NCBI GenBank assembly: GCA_030390025.1
Contig: JASTWF010000344.1
Span: 186,001 to 250,000, forward strand
From: Squalus acanthias
Lineage: Eukaryota
DNA: 64,000 bases
Reading direction: 5' to 3'
Part shown: piece after piece, positions 37,110 through 48,957 of the stretch
How the letters are laid out: each line of letters opens with the position of its first letter
How positions within the stretch are numbered: position 1 is the stretch's first letter
Program-made: the position numbers and the translations under genes
The notes under the pieces: generated by a model
Told to the model about the DNA's origin: nothing
What the model saw: only the letters and a program-made list of their open reading frames with translations
Database searches by the model: none

Positions 37110-38345
37110 GAATTCAGTAGCACTCTTGCCTCTGAGTTTGAAAGTTGTGGTTTGATCCTCACTATACACCTGAGCACATAATCCAGGCCGATACTCCCGG
37201 TGCAGTACTGAGGGAGTGCTGCACTGTCGCAGAGGCAGTACTGAGGGAGTGCTGCACTGTCGGAGGGGCAGTACTGAGGGAGCGCTGCACTGTCGCAGAG
37301 GCAGTACTGAGGGAGTGCTGCACTGTCGGAGGGGCAGTACTGAGGGAGCGCTGCACTGTCGGAGGGGCAGTACTGAGGGAGCGCCGCACTGTCGCAGAGG
37401 CAGTACTGAGGGAGTGCTGCACTGTCGGAGGGGCAGTACTGAGGGAGCGCTGCACTGTCGGAGGGGCAGTACTGAGGGAGCGCCGCACTGTCGCAGAGGC
37501 AGTACTGAGGGAGTGCTGCACTGTCGGAGGGGCAGTACTGAGGGAGTGCTGCACTGTTGGAGGGACGGTACTGAGGGAGCGCTGCACTGTTGGAGGGACA
37601 GTACTGAGGGAGTGCTGCACTGTTGGAGGGACAGTACTGAGGGAGCGCTGCACTGTTGGAGGGGCAGTACTGAGGGAGTGCTGCACTGTTGGAGGGACAG
37701 TACTGAGGGAGCGCTGCACTGTCGGAGGGGCAGTACTGAGGGAGCGCTGCACTGTTGGAGGGGCAGTACTGAGGGAGGGCTGGACTGTTGGAGGGGCAGT
37801 ACTGTGGGAGTGCTGCAGTGTCGTAGGGGCAGTACTGAGGGAGCGCCGCACTGTCGGAGGGGCAGTACTGAGGGAGCACTGCACTGTCGGAGGGACAGTA
37901 CTGAGGGAGGGCTGGACTGTTGGAGGGGCAGTACTGTGGGAGTGCTGCAGTATCGTAGGGGCAGTACTGAGGGAGCACTGCAGTGTCGGAGGGGCAGTAC
38001 TGAGGGAGTGCTGCACTGTCGGAGATGCCGTCTTTCAAATGAGACGTTAAGCCGAGGCCCTGTCTGCCCTCTCAGCTGAACGTAAAAGATCCCACAGCAT
38101 GTTTTCGAAGAAGAGCAGGAAATTCCTCGGTGTCCTGGCCAATATTCCTTCTTCAACCAACATCACTACAAAAAGTAATGATCTGCTCATTCAGTTGCTG
38201 TTTGTGGGATCTTGCTGTGCACACATTTGCCGCTACATTTCCCTACATTGCAACAGTGACAACACTTCAAGAGTGATTATTTGGGTCTAAAGTGCGTTGG
38301 GACGTCCTGAGGATGAGAAAGGATCTGTATAATGGCAAGTTTGTT
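37110..38345 (+). mobile_element. Deu-SINE with internal minisatellite expansion
   Basis: Head at 37110-37200; Deu domain resumes at 38025 (tgccgtctttc..gagacgttaa); L2-like tail near 38340. Confidence 0.85.
37202..38024 (+). repeat. 33-bp minisatellite, about 25 copies
   Basis: GCAGTACTGAGGGAGTGCTGCACTGTCGGAGGG; 11-aa periodicity in the ORF track. Confidence 0.95.
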
Positions 38346-38780
38346 TCCTTGTGTGCTGCACTTCCTATGATGATAAATACTTGTGTTCGTACAGAATTGT
38401 CACATTGCAATGTACCCGAGTACATCACGCAATGAGTGCGGTTTTGGAGTGCAGATTGTTACGGTCCTAATCCTGGTAATGAGCTGAAGCTGGGACAGGA
38501 GGTACGTGATCAGTCTCAGCTCAGAACGCTCCCATCATTATCACCCATCCCAAAACAAACAGGCAGGCACTTCAAACATTCCTGCCCCCTGGCTCTGCTT
38601 TTAAAGGATCTTTCATTTCAGCAGCAGACAATTACAGAGCAGTTAAAGAACACAGTGAAAAACATCATGAGGTGCTTCTGTAGCTGAGATTGTGTAAGAG
38701 TGCTGTCAAGGTCATCTCCCCAAACCAGCTCTCTGCTCCTGACCATAGCAACACAGACACATAGGGACCCGGTGCAGTGC

Positions 38781-40449
38781 TGTTCCCTCTCCCTCTCTCT
38801 CCCCTCCCTCCTTCTCCCCCTCTCCCCTCCCGCCTTCTCCCCCTCTCCCCTCCCTCCTTCTCCCCCTCTCCCCTCCCTCCTTCTCCCCCTCTCCCCTCCC
38901 TCCTTCTCCCCCTCTCCCCTCCCGCCTTCTCCCCCTCTCCCCTCCCTCCTTCTCCCCCGCTCCCCTCCCTCCTTCTCCCCCTCTCCCCTCCCTCCTTCGC
39001 CCCCTCCCCCCTCTCCCCTCCCTCCTTCTCCCCCTCTCCCCTCCCTCCTTCTCCCCCTCTCCCCTCCCGCCTTCTCCCCCTCTCCTTCTCCCCCTCTCCC
39101 CTCCCTCCTTCTCCCCCTCTCTCCTCCAGCCTTCTCCCCCTCTCCCCTCCCTCCTTCTCCCCCTTTCCCCTCCCTCCTTCTCCCCCTCTCCCCTCCCTCC
39201 TTCTCCCCCTCTCCCCTCCCTCCTTCTCCCCCTCTCCCCTCCCTCCTTCTCCCCCTCTCCCCTCCCTCCTTCGCCCCCTCTCCCCTCCCTCCTTCTCCCC
39301 CTCTCTCCTCCAGCCTTCTCCCCCTCTCTCCTCCCTCCTTCTCCCCCTCTCTCCCCCCTCCTTCTCTCCCCCTCCTTCTCCCCCCCCTCCTTTTCTCCCC
39401 CCCTCCTTTCTCTCCCCCCCTCCTTCTCCCCCCTCCTTCTCCCCCCCCTCCTTCTCCCCCGCCTCCTTCTCCCCCGCCTCCTTCTCCCCCCACCTCCTTC
39501 TCCCCCGCCTCCTTCTCCCCCGCCTCCTTCTCCCCCCCTCCTTCTCCCCCCCTCCTTCTCCCCCCCCTTCTCCCCCACCTCCTTCTCCCCCGCCTCCTTC
39601 TCCCCCCACCTCCTTCTCCCCCCCTCCTTCTCCCCTCCCCCCTCCTTCTCCCCTCCCTCCTTCTCCTTCTCCCCCTCCCTCCTTCTCCTTCTCCCCCTCT
39701 CCCCTCCAGCCTTCTCCCCCTCTCCCCTCCCGCCTTCTCCCCCTCTCCCCTCCCTCCTTCTCCCCCTCTCTCCTCCCTCCTTCTCCCCCTCTCTCCCCCC
39801 TCCTTCTCCCCCCCCCTTCTCCCCCCCCCCTTCTCCCCCCCTCCTCCCCCTCCCCTTCTCCCCCCCTCCTTCTCCCCCCCTCCTTCTCCCCCCCCTCCTT
39901 CTCCCCCCCTCCTTCTCCCCCCCTCCTTCTCCCCCCTCCTTCTCCCCCCCCTCCTTCTCCCCCCCTCCTTCTCCCCCCCCTCCTTCTCCCCCCCTCCTTC
40001 TCCCCCCCTCCTTCTCCCCTCCCCCCTCCTTCTCCCCCCCCTCCTTCTCCTTCTCCCCCTCCCTCCTTCTCCTTCTCCCCCTCTCCCCTCCAGCCTTCTC
40101 CCCCTCTCTCCTCCCTCCTTCTCCCCCTCCCTCCCCCCTCCTTCTCCCCCCCTCCTTCTCCCCCTCCCCTTCTCCCCCCCCTCCTTCTCCCCCCCCTCCT
40201 TCTCCCCCCCTCCTTCTCCCCCCCTCCTTCTCCCCCCCTCCTTCTCCCCCCCTCCTCCTTTTCCCCTCCTCCTTCCCCCCTCCTCCTTCCCCCCTCCTCC
40301 TTCCCCCCCCTCCTCCTTCCCCCCCCCCCCTCCTTCTCCCCCCTCCTTCTCCTCCCTTCCCTCCTTCTCCCCCCCTCCTTCTCCCCCTCTCCCCTTCTCC
40401 CCACCCTCCTTCTCCCCTCCCTCCTACTCCTTCCCTCCCCCTCCCTCCC
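38781..40449. repeat. 1.65-kb polypyrimidine/polypurine tract
   Basis: Almost only C and T on plus, with CTCCTTCTCCCC units. Confidence 0.95.
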
Positions 40450-41106
40450 TATCTATATCTTTTTGCAGCCTCTTTGTGTCCTCCTGACAACATAATTTCC
40501 CACCCAGCTTTGTATCGTCAGCAAACTTGGATACATTACACTCGGTCCCTTCATCCAAGTCATTGATATAGATTGTAAATAGCTGAGGCCCAAGCACTGA
40601 CCCTTGCGGTACCCCACTAGTTACAGCCTGCCAACCCGAAAATGACCCGTTTATTCCTACTCTCTGCTTTCTGTCCGTTAACCAATCCCCAATCCATGCT
40701 AATATATTACCCCCAATCCCATGAGCCCTAATTTTGTGTAATAACCTCTTGTGTGGCACCTTATCGAATGCTTTTTGAAAATCCAAATACGCTACATCCA
40801 CTGGTTCCCCTTTATCTACCTGCTAGCTACAACCTCAAAAAACTGCAACAGATTTGTCAAACACGATTTTCCTTTCATAAATCCATGTTGACTCTGCCCA
40901 ATCATATTATAATTTTCAAAGTGCCCTGTTACCACGTCCTTAATAATAGATTCTAGCATTTTACTGATGACTGATGTCAGGTGAACTGGCCTGTAGTTCC
41001 CTGTTTTCTCTCTCCCTCCTTTCTTGAATAGCGGGGTTATATTTGCTACCTTCCAATCCACGGGGACCGTTCTAGAATCTAGGGATTTTTGGAAGATCAA
41101 AACCAA

Positions 41107-42215
41107 TGTATCCACTGGGAATCGGGGAAAATGCTCCACTGGCTGGAGTCATACCTCGCACAAAGAAAGATGGTTGTGGTGGTTGAAGGTCAATCATCAC
41201 AGCCCCAGGACATCGCTGCAGGAGTTCCTCAGGGCAGTGTCCTAGGCCCAACCATCTTCAGCTGCTTCATCAATGACCTTCCCTCCAACATAAGGTCAGA
41301 AATGGGGATGTTCGCTGATGACTGCACAGTGTTCAGCGCCATTCACAACTCCACAGATAATGAAGCAGTCCATGCCCGCATGCAACAGGACCTGGACGAC
41401 GTTCAGGCTTGGGCTGATAAGTGGCAGGTAACATTCACGCCACAGAAGTGCCAGGCAATGACTATCTCCAACAAGCGAGAGTCTAACCACCTCCCCTTGA
41501 CATTCAATGGCATTACCATCGCCGAATCCCCCACTATCAATATCCTGGGGGTCACCATTAACCAGAAACTTAACTGGACCAGCCACATAAATACTGTGGC
41601 AACAAGAGCAGGTCAGAGGCTGGGTATTCTGCAGCGAGTGTCTCACCTCCTGACTCCCCAAACCCTTTTCACCATCTACAAGGCACAAGTAAGGAGTGTG
41701 ATGGACTACTCTCCACTTGCCTGGATGAGTGCAGCTCCAATAACACTCAGGAAACTCAACACCATCCAGGACAAAGCAGCCCACTTGATTGGCACCCCAT
41801 CCACCACCTTAAACATTCACTCCCTCCACCACCGGCGTACCGTGGCTGCAGTGTGTACCATCTACAAGATGCACTGCAGCAACTCGCCAAGGCTTCTTCG
41901 GCAGCACCTCCCAAACCCGCGACCTTTTCCATCTAGAAGGACAAGGGCAGCAGGCGCATGGGAACACCACCACCTCCAAGTTCCCCTCCAAGTCACACAC
42001 CATCCTGACTTGGAAATATATCGGCCGATCCTTCATTGTCGCTGGGTCAAAATCCTGGAACTCCCTCCCTAACAGCACTGTGGGAGTACCTTCACACAGA
42101 CTGCAGCGGTTCAAGAAGGCAGCTCACCACCACCTTCTCATGGGCAACTAGGGATAGGCAATAAATGCTGGCATTGCCAGCGACGCTTTGATCCCATAAA
42201 CGAATTTAAAAAAAA
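41107..42215 (+). mobile_element. 5'-truncated LINE, same family as 24551-26822
   Basis: ORF within 41089-42072 with [13 protein letters not shown] and MFADD; A-rich tail near 42207. Confidence 0.9.
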
Positions 42216-42866
42216 CTATCTCTGCAGTCACTTCTTAAAACCCTAGGATGTAGGCCATCAGGTCCAGCTGATTAGTCAGCTTATATTGCCATTCATTTCT
42301 CCAGTACTATTTCTTTACTAATAATTTCTTTACGTTCCTCATTCTCACTAGACCCTTGGTTTCCCACTATTTCCGGTATGTTTTTTGAGTCTTCTGTGAA
42401 GACAGATACAAAGTATGTGTTTAATGTCTCAGCCATTTCCTTATTCCCCATTATAATTTCTCCTGTCTCTACTTGTAAGGGACCCACGTTTACTTTCGCT
42501 AACTCTTCCTTTTTACATACCTATAGAAGCTTTTACAAACGGGAGCAGAGAGCCAGAGCGGCAGAGTTCCTTAAAAAGAGCGCGGACCTAATTGGAGGCG
42601 GTCTCAGCGGCGGTGGAACCTTCCACGATTTTAAAAAAAACAAGGTGTGACGTCACAGGACAGCAGGTAGGTGATTGGTTGGTTGGTGAATATTAAGGGT
42701 TTTTTTCTGTCTAACCTCGGACAGTGGTTTAAACTAGGAGCAGGAAACTATAACATACTGTATTAAATTTATAGCTTAACTAGTTAAATGAATTAACATA
42801 ACGATAAATAATCGTTGATTAAAGACTTTAACTAATTAAATAAATAAAATAAGGCTGGACTAAGAT

Positions 42867-43820
42867 ATGGCAGGGCAGGTTGTGTGTCTGGACTGCAGTA
42901 TGTGGGAGTTTGTGGACAGCGAGACTGTCCCAAGCAAACACGTCTGCAGGAGATTTCTCCGTCTCGAATCTCTCCGGCTCAGAGTCACTGAACTGGAGTG
43001 CGAGTTGGAGACACTCCGACACATAAGGGAGGGGGAGGAATTTCTGGACAGTTTTATCCTGAATACAGTCACACCCCAGAGGAAAGCACAAGTTCAGGAA
43101 AGGGAGGGTGTGACTGTTAGGGAGACGGGTAGCGGGGATTTAGGAGAGGTTGAGAAGGAGGTCCCGCAGACACTGGTCCTGTCCAACAGGTCCGATGTAC
43201 TCACTACCTGTGAGGACAAGGAGAAAGACTGCAGGGAGGACAGCCACAATGCAGACCAAGGCACCGTGGCTCAGAAGGCTGTCCAAAGGGGGCAAGAGCA
43301 GAATAGAAATGTGGTAGTGATAGGGGACTCTATAATTAGAGGGATAGATAGCGTCCTCTGCAGCCAAGAACGAGAATCCCGAAGGGTGTGTTGCCTACCC
43401 GGTGCCAGGGTAAGGGATATCTCACGGCAGCTGGAGAGGAACTTGAAAAGTGAGGGTGGAAATCCAGTTGTCGTGGTCCATGTTGGAACAGATGACATAG
43501 GTAGGAACAGAGAGAAGGAGGTCCTGCTGAAAGAGTATCAGGAGTTAGGATCTAAATTAAAAAGCAGGACCTCGAGGGTAATAATCTCTGGATTATTGCC
43601 CGAGCCACGTGCAAATGGGCATAGAAGCAGACAGATCAGGAGAATTAACACATGGGTAAAGGGCTGGTGTGGGAAAGAGGGGTCCCTTTTCATGGGACAC
43701 TGGCACCAGTTCTGGGACAGGAAGGAGCTGTACCAAAGGGACAGGCTCTACTTGAACCGGGATGGGACCAGTGTCCTAGCGGAAAGGGTAAATAGGGAAG
43801 TGACAAAGGCTTCAAACTAG
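42867..43820 (+). CDS. CR1 ORF1p (zinc finger plus SGNH esterase, His motif altered to DRLYL)
   Basis: 317-aa open frame homologous to 14036-14992. Confidence 0.8.
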   Translation: MAGQVVCLDCSMWEFVDSETVPSKHVCRRFLRLESLRLRVTELECELETLRHIREGEEFLDSFILNTVTPQRKAQVQEREGVTVRETGSGDLGEVEKEVPQTLVLSNRSDVLTTCEDKEKDCREDSHNADQGTVAQKAVQRGQEQNRNVVVIGDSIIRGIDSVLCSQERESRRVCCLPGARVRDISRQLERNLKSEGGNPVVVVHVGTDDIGRNREKEVLLKEYQELGSKLKSRTSRVIISGLLPEPRANGHRSRQIRRINTWVKGWCGKEGSLFMGHWHQFWDRKELYQRDRLYLNRDGTSVLAERVNREVTKASN

Positions 43821-45884
43821 TAAGATGGGGGAGGGATCTACAAGAAACGTAACCAACCTAATTATAAACAAAACAGGAAAAGAGAGCATAGGAAAGAATA
43901 AAGTAAGAGAGGACATTGATGGCAAGGGAATAAATAGAGTTATAGAACAGGAGTCTAAAAAGATGGTTAAACAATGAGAGGAAATCCTATTAAAAATGAG
44001 TTAAACTGTCTATACAGCAGTGCACACAGTGTCCGTAATAAAACAGGGCAGCTGGAGGCAATCATACGTTGCGAGGAACCAGAAAAATCAGGACTGGGAG
44101 TTAAACATTGCAGGGTATAACATATTTAGGAAAGATAGGGAGGGAAAAAGAGGAGGTCGAGTAGCTGTACTTATTAGGGATAACATAATGGCAGTAGAAA
44201 AAATTGACGCAGATACCAGCAAGACAAAAATAGAATCCATATGGATAGAGATAAAAGATAATAAAGGATCAATCACACTAATGGGGTAGTCTACAGACCA
44301 CCTAATAGTGGAAGGGAGGTGGAGGAAGAAATATGCAGACAAATTGGGGAAATGAGTAAAAAACATAGAATAATAATCATGGGGGATTTCAACTACCCCG
44401 ATATTAATTGGACAGAAGAGGTAGGTAAAGGGGATAAGGGAATGGAGTTCCTACAATGTGTACAGGACTCCTTTCTAACCCAATATATAAAAAGCCCAAC
44501 AAGGGGGGATTCGATATTTGATCTAGTAATGGGGAATGAACCAGAGCAGATAAGAGAAGTAAAGGTAGGGGAACATATAGGCAATGGTGACCATAATATA
44601 ATACGCTTTAAGATGATAATTGAGAAGGACATAAGTATGATGAAAACCAGGGTAATAGATTGGAGAAAAGCTGATTTTGAGGGGCTGAGAATAGAACTTG
44701 GGAAACAAAAATGGGCAACAATATTGGCAAACAATGATGTAGAACAGCAATGGGAAATATTTAAAACGGTGTTCAACAGAGTGCAGGAAAAATATATTCC
44801 GCTGAAAGAAAAGAACAAACTAAACACTAATGAGACTCCATGGATGAATAAAGCCATAAGGGAACAATTGAGGGTAAGGAAAGAGGCATACATTAAGTAC
44901 GCAGACAGCAGGGGAGTGCATGATATGGGAGAATATGAAAAGATAAGGAGAGAAGTTAAAAAAACAATTAAGAAGGCAAAGAGGAACTATGAAATTAAAT
45001 TATCAAGGAACATAAAACAAAATAGTAAAATATTTTATAGGCACATCAATAAAAAAAGGAAGGTTGGGATGGGAATAGGGCCATTAAGGGATAGTCAGGA
45101 CAATACTACAGGTAACGATAGAGAGATGGCAGAAATATTAAATAATTTTTTTGCTTCAGTATTTACCAGGGAGGTAGAACAGGTGGACATGACATTAGAT
45201 GATGAGATGAGTAATGAGATAAGTGCATTTAAAATAAAAAAGGGATATATTAAATAAATTAATCAAACTCAAAGAGGATAAAACCCCTGGTCCAGATGGA
45301 TTGAAGCCACGCATTTTAAAAGAATCTAGGGAAGAGATAGCAGAGGCATTACTACACATATTTAATAATTTGTTAGAAAAAGGTATAGTGCCAGAGGACT
45401 GGTGGATAGCTAATGTAATACTGATATTTAAGAAGGGGGATAGAACATGTCCAGGGAATTATAGGCCAGTCAGCTTAACATCGGTGGTAGGAAAAATAAT
45501 GGAATCCCTACTAAAGGAGAAAATAGAAGAACATCTAGAAACCAAAAATATAATGAATAGTCAGCATGGATTTCAAAAGGGAAAGTCTTGCTTGACCAAC
45601 CTTATTGAATGTTTTGAAGAGGTAACAGAGAGAGTAGACAATGGTAATGCAGTAGATGTAATTTATCTAGATTTTCAAAAGGCCTTCGATAAGGTTCCCC
45701 ATAATAGACTGATGAACAAGGTCAGAGAATGCGGAGTCAGGGGACAAGTAGCAGAATGGATTGTTGGCTGGCTTCAGGACAGAAAGCAGAGAGTCGGAGC
45801 AAAGGGTAGCTATTCACAGTGGCAGAAGGTGGGTAGTGGTGTTCCACAAGGATCAGTGCTGGGACCACTGCTGTTCACAATTTA

Positions 45885-46101
45885 TGATGCGGAGATGCCG
45901 GTGTTGGACTGGGGTGGACAAAAGTGCGAAGTCGCACAACACCAGGTTATAGTCCAACAGCTTTATTTGAAATCACAAGCTTTCGGAGCGCTGCTCCTTC
46001 ATCAGGTGAAGGTCACCTGACGAAGGAGCAGCGCTCCAAAAGCTTGTGATTTCAAATAAAGCTGTTGGACTATAACCTGGTGTTGTGCGACTTCTCACTT
46101 T
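45885..46101. mobile_element. Palindromic mini-element of a second Penelope-like family
   Basis: About 90-bp inverted arms centred near 46011; 13-bp duplication TGTTCACAATTTA at 45872-45884 and 46102-46114. Confidence 0.8.
45973..46009 (-). ncRNA. Minimal type I hammerhead ribozyme
   Basis: TCAC-CTGATGA-A-GGAGC agc GCTCC-GAAA-GCTT-GTGA: stem I TCAC/GTGA, palindromic stem III; the plus-strand twin at 46013-46049 has GAAA changed to AAAA. Confidence 0.75.
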
Positions 46102-47498
46102 TGTTCACAATTTACATTAACGATTTAGATTTAGGAATCCAAAACACAATTTCTAAATTTGCGGATGACCCCAAATTGGGGGGGATAGTCAATACTGAGC
46201 AGGACTGCAACAAGTTACAGGAGGACATTAATAAACTTGCAGAATGGGCATATAATTGGCAAATGAAGTTCAACACAGATAAATGTGAGGTATTACATTT
46301 TGGTAGGAAGAATAGGGAGGTCACTTATCACTTGGAGGGTGCAAGTCTAGGTGGGATAGAGGAACAAAGGGATCTGGGAGTACAAATACACAAATCACTA
46401 AAAGTTGCGACGCAGGTTAGCAAGGCCATAAAAAAAGCAAACCAAGCACTAGGGTTTATTTCTAGAGGGATAGAATTGAAAAATAGGGAAGTTATGCTAA
46501 ACCTGTATCGAACCTTGGTTAGACCACACTTAGAATACTGCGTGCAGTTCTGGTCGCCATATTATAAAAAGGATATAGAGGCACTGGAGAGGGTGCAGAG
46601 AAGAATTACAAGGATGATACCAGAAATGCGAGGGTATACATATCAGGAAAAGGATCAACAGGCTGGGTCTCTTTTTCTCTTGAAAAAAGGCTGAGGGGTG
46701 ACCTAATACAGGTTATGAAAGGTTTTGATAGAGTGGATACAGAGAGAATGTTTCCACTTGTGGGGAAGAGCATAACTAGAGGCCATCAATATAAGATAGT
46801 CACCAAGAAATCCAATAGGGAATTCAGAAGAAACTTCTTTACCCAGAGAGTGGTGAGAATGTGGAACTCGCTACCACATGGAGTGGTTGAAGCGAATAGT
46901 ATAGATGCATTTAAGGGGAGGCTAGACAAGCATGAGGGAGAAGGGAATAGAGGGTTACGCTGATAGATTTAGATGAGGAAAGACGGGAGGAGGCTCGAGT
47001 GGAGCATAAACGCCGGCATGGACTGGTTGGGCCGAATGGCCTATTTCTGTGCCGCATATCCTATGTAATCTATTTTTATGTCTCTTGCTAGTTTACTCTC
47101 TTATTCTCTTTTCTCTCTCTTTATCAATTTATTGGTCATCCTTTGCTGAATTCTACAACCCTCCCAATCCTCAGGCTTACTACTCCTTTTTGGCAACATT
47201 ATAAGCCTCTTCCTTTAATCTAATACTATCTTTAACTTCTCTTGTTAGCCAGGGTTGGACCACGTTTCCCGGGGAGTTTTTATTCCTTAGGGGAATGTAT
47301 ATTCGTTGCGAATTATGAATTATTTCTTTAAATGTTTGCCATTGCTTATCTACCATCATATCTTTTAACGTAGTTTCCCAATCTACCTTAGTCAACTCGC
47401 CCATCGTACCTACGTAGTTTGCTTTGTTCAGATTTAAGATCCTAGTTTCGGATTTAACTAAATCACTCTCAAACTCAAATAAAATTCTATCATATTAT

Positions 47499-47844
47499 AC
47501 AAAACCAAAATACTGCAGATGCTGCAAATCTGAAAACAAAACAGAAAATGCTGGACATACTCATACGCAGCCGGTTCGCCGGCTTTTCAATGGGAGAAAC
47601 AGCGCATGCATGGTATTTTGAAGGGGCCACGCACCCAAAAAATATTAAAGGGAACATTGCTCAGCAGGTCAGTTAGCATCTGTGGAGAGAGGAACAGAGT
47701 TAACGTTTCAGTTCGATGATCTTTCGTCAGTGAGTTGGTGTGTTCTGACGATAGGTAATCAACCTGAAATGTTAACTCTCTTTCTCTTTCCACAGATGCT
47801 GCCTGACCTGCCGAGTATTTCCCGCATTTTCTGTTTTTATTTCC
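47499..47844. mobile_element. Older palindromic Penelope-derived mini-element with hammerhead cores on both strands
   Basis: CTGACGA at 47745-47751 (+) and 47724-47730 (-); 10-bp duplication ATCATATTAT at 47489 and 47845; ~95-bp foreign insert at 47564-47658. Confidence 0.75.
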
Positions 47845-47961
47845 ATCATATTATGATCACTCTTCCCCAGCAGCTCCTTTACTACAAGGGTATTAATTAA
47901 CCCGGTCTCATTGCACAATACTAGATCTAAAATAGCCTGTTCCCTAGTTGGTTCCTCGACA

Positions 47962-48072
47962 TTTTTTTAAATTCGTTTATGGGATGTGGGCGTCGCTGAC
48001 AAGGCCAGCATTTATTGCCCATCCCTAATTGCCCTTGAGAAGGTGGTGGTGAGCCGCCTTCTTGAACCGCTG
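47962..48072 (-). mobile_element. Short 3' tail of the 41107-42215 LINE family
   Basis: Reverse complement of the 42105-42215 tail. Confidence 0.8.
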
Positions 48073-48957
48073 AACATACTGATCTAGAAAACCATCTTGA
48101 ATGCATTCCATGAACTCGTCCTCCACGCTATTATTGCAAATTTGCCCAGTCTATATGTGATTAAAGTCTCCCATGATTACTGTATTACCCTTGTTAATTG
48201 CACCTCTAATTTCCTGATTTATACTGTGCCCAACACTGTTAGCGGGCCGAAAACTACTCCTACCAGTGTTTTCTGTCCCTTGTTTTTTAGCTCCACCCAA
48301 AGTGATTCTACATCTTGATTTTCTGAGCTAAGATCCTTTCTCTCTACTGTCTTTATCCCATCCTTTATTATCAGGGCTAACCCCCCCACTCCTTTTCCAT
48401 TTTGCCTATCTCTTCTAAAAGTCAAGTATCCTGGAATGTTTAGTTCCCAACCTTGGTCAGTCTGCAACCACGTCTCTGTAATGGCTATTAAATCAAACCC
48501 ACTTACTTCTATCTGTGCTATTAATTCATCTTTTTGTGTTGCAAATGCTTTGTGCATTCAGATATAGTGCCTTTAGCTTTAACTTTATTCTATTTTTCCC
48601 TGAAGTCACCTTAGTCACCGATGCCCTATTACCTTTGTTAAGCTCTCTGTCCCTTCCTGACCCACTCTGCTTATTTTTACCCAAACCACAACTCTATTCT
48701 ACAGCCTTGACATTTCTCTTACTGCTTTTGAATTTACCCTTTCCTGAATCCTACCACCCCCTCCTTCCATTAGTTTAAAGCCCTTTCTACCGCCCTAGTC
48801 ATTCGATTCGCCAGGACACTGGTCCCAGCCTGGTTTAAGTGGCGCCCGTCCCAATGGAATAGCTCCTTCTTTCCCAGTGCTGGTGCCAGTGCCCCATGAA
48901 TCGAAACCCCTGCCTCCCACACCACTCTTTCAGCCACGCATTTAACCTTCTAATCTG

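Larger units (their letters stand above)
42538..47070 (+). mobile_element. Full-length but decayed CR1 LINE with 5' UTR
   Basis: GC-rich 5' end, intact ORF1, ORF2 in multiple pieces from 44020 to 46963, 3' tail. Confidence 0.9.
40450..48957 (-). mobile_element. Old CR1 in pieces (40450-41100, 42216-42537, 47071-48957) hosting younger insertions
   Basis: Colinear ORF1 end (48770), endonuclease (LYLNAQS, ITETWL), tether and RT fragments. Confidence 0.8.

Noticed and set aside
37047..38156. 11-aa repeat ORFs and CRISPR-like periodicity
   Set aside because: Tandem 33-bp units with no unique spacers, derived from a SINE; no cas genes and a eukaryotic context
38618..40495. Pro/Ser-rich and Gly/Glu/Arg-rich ORFs
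   Set aside because: Translations of the polypyrimidine tract
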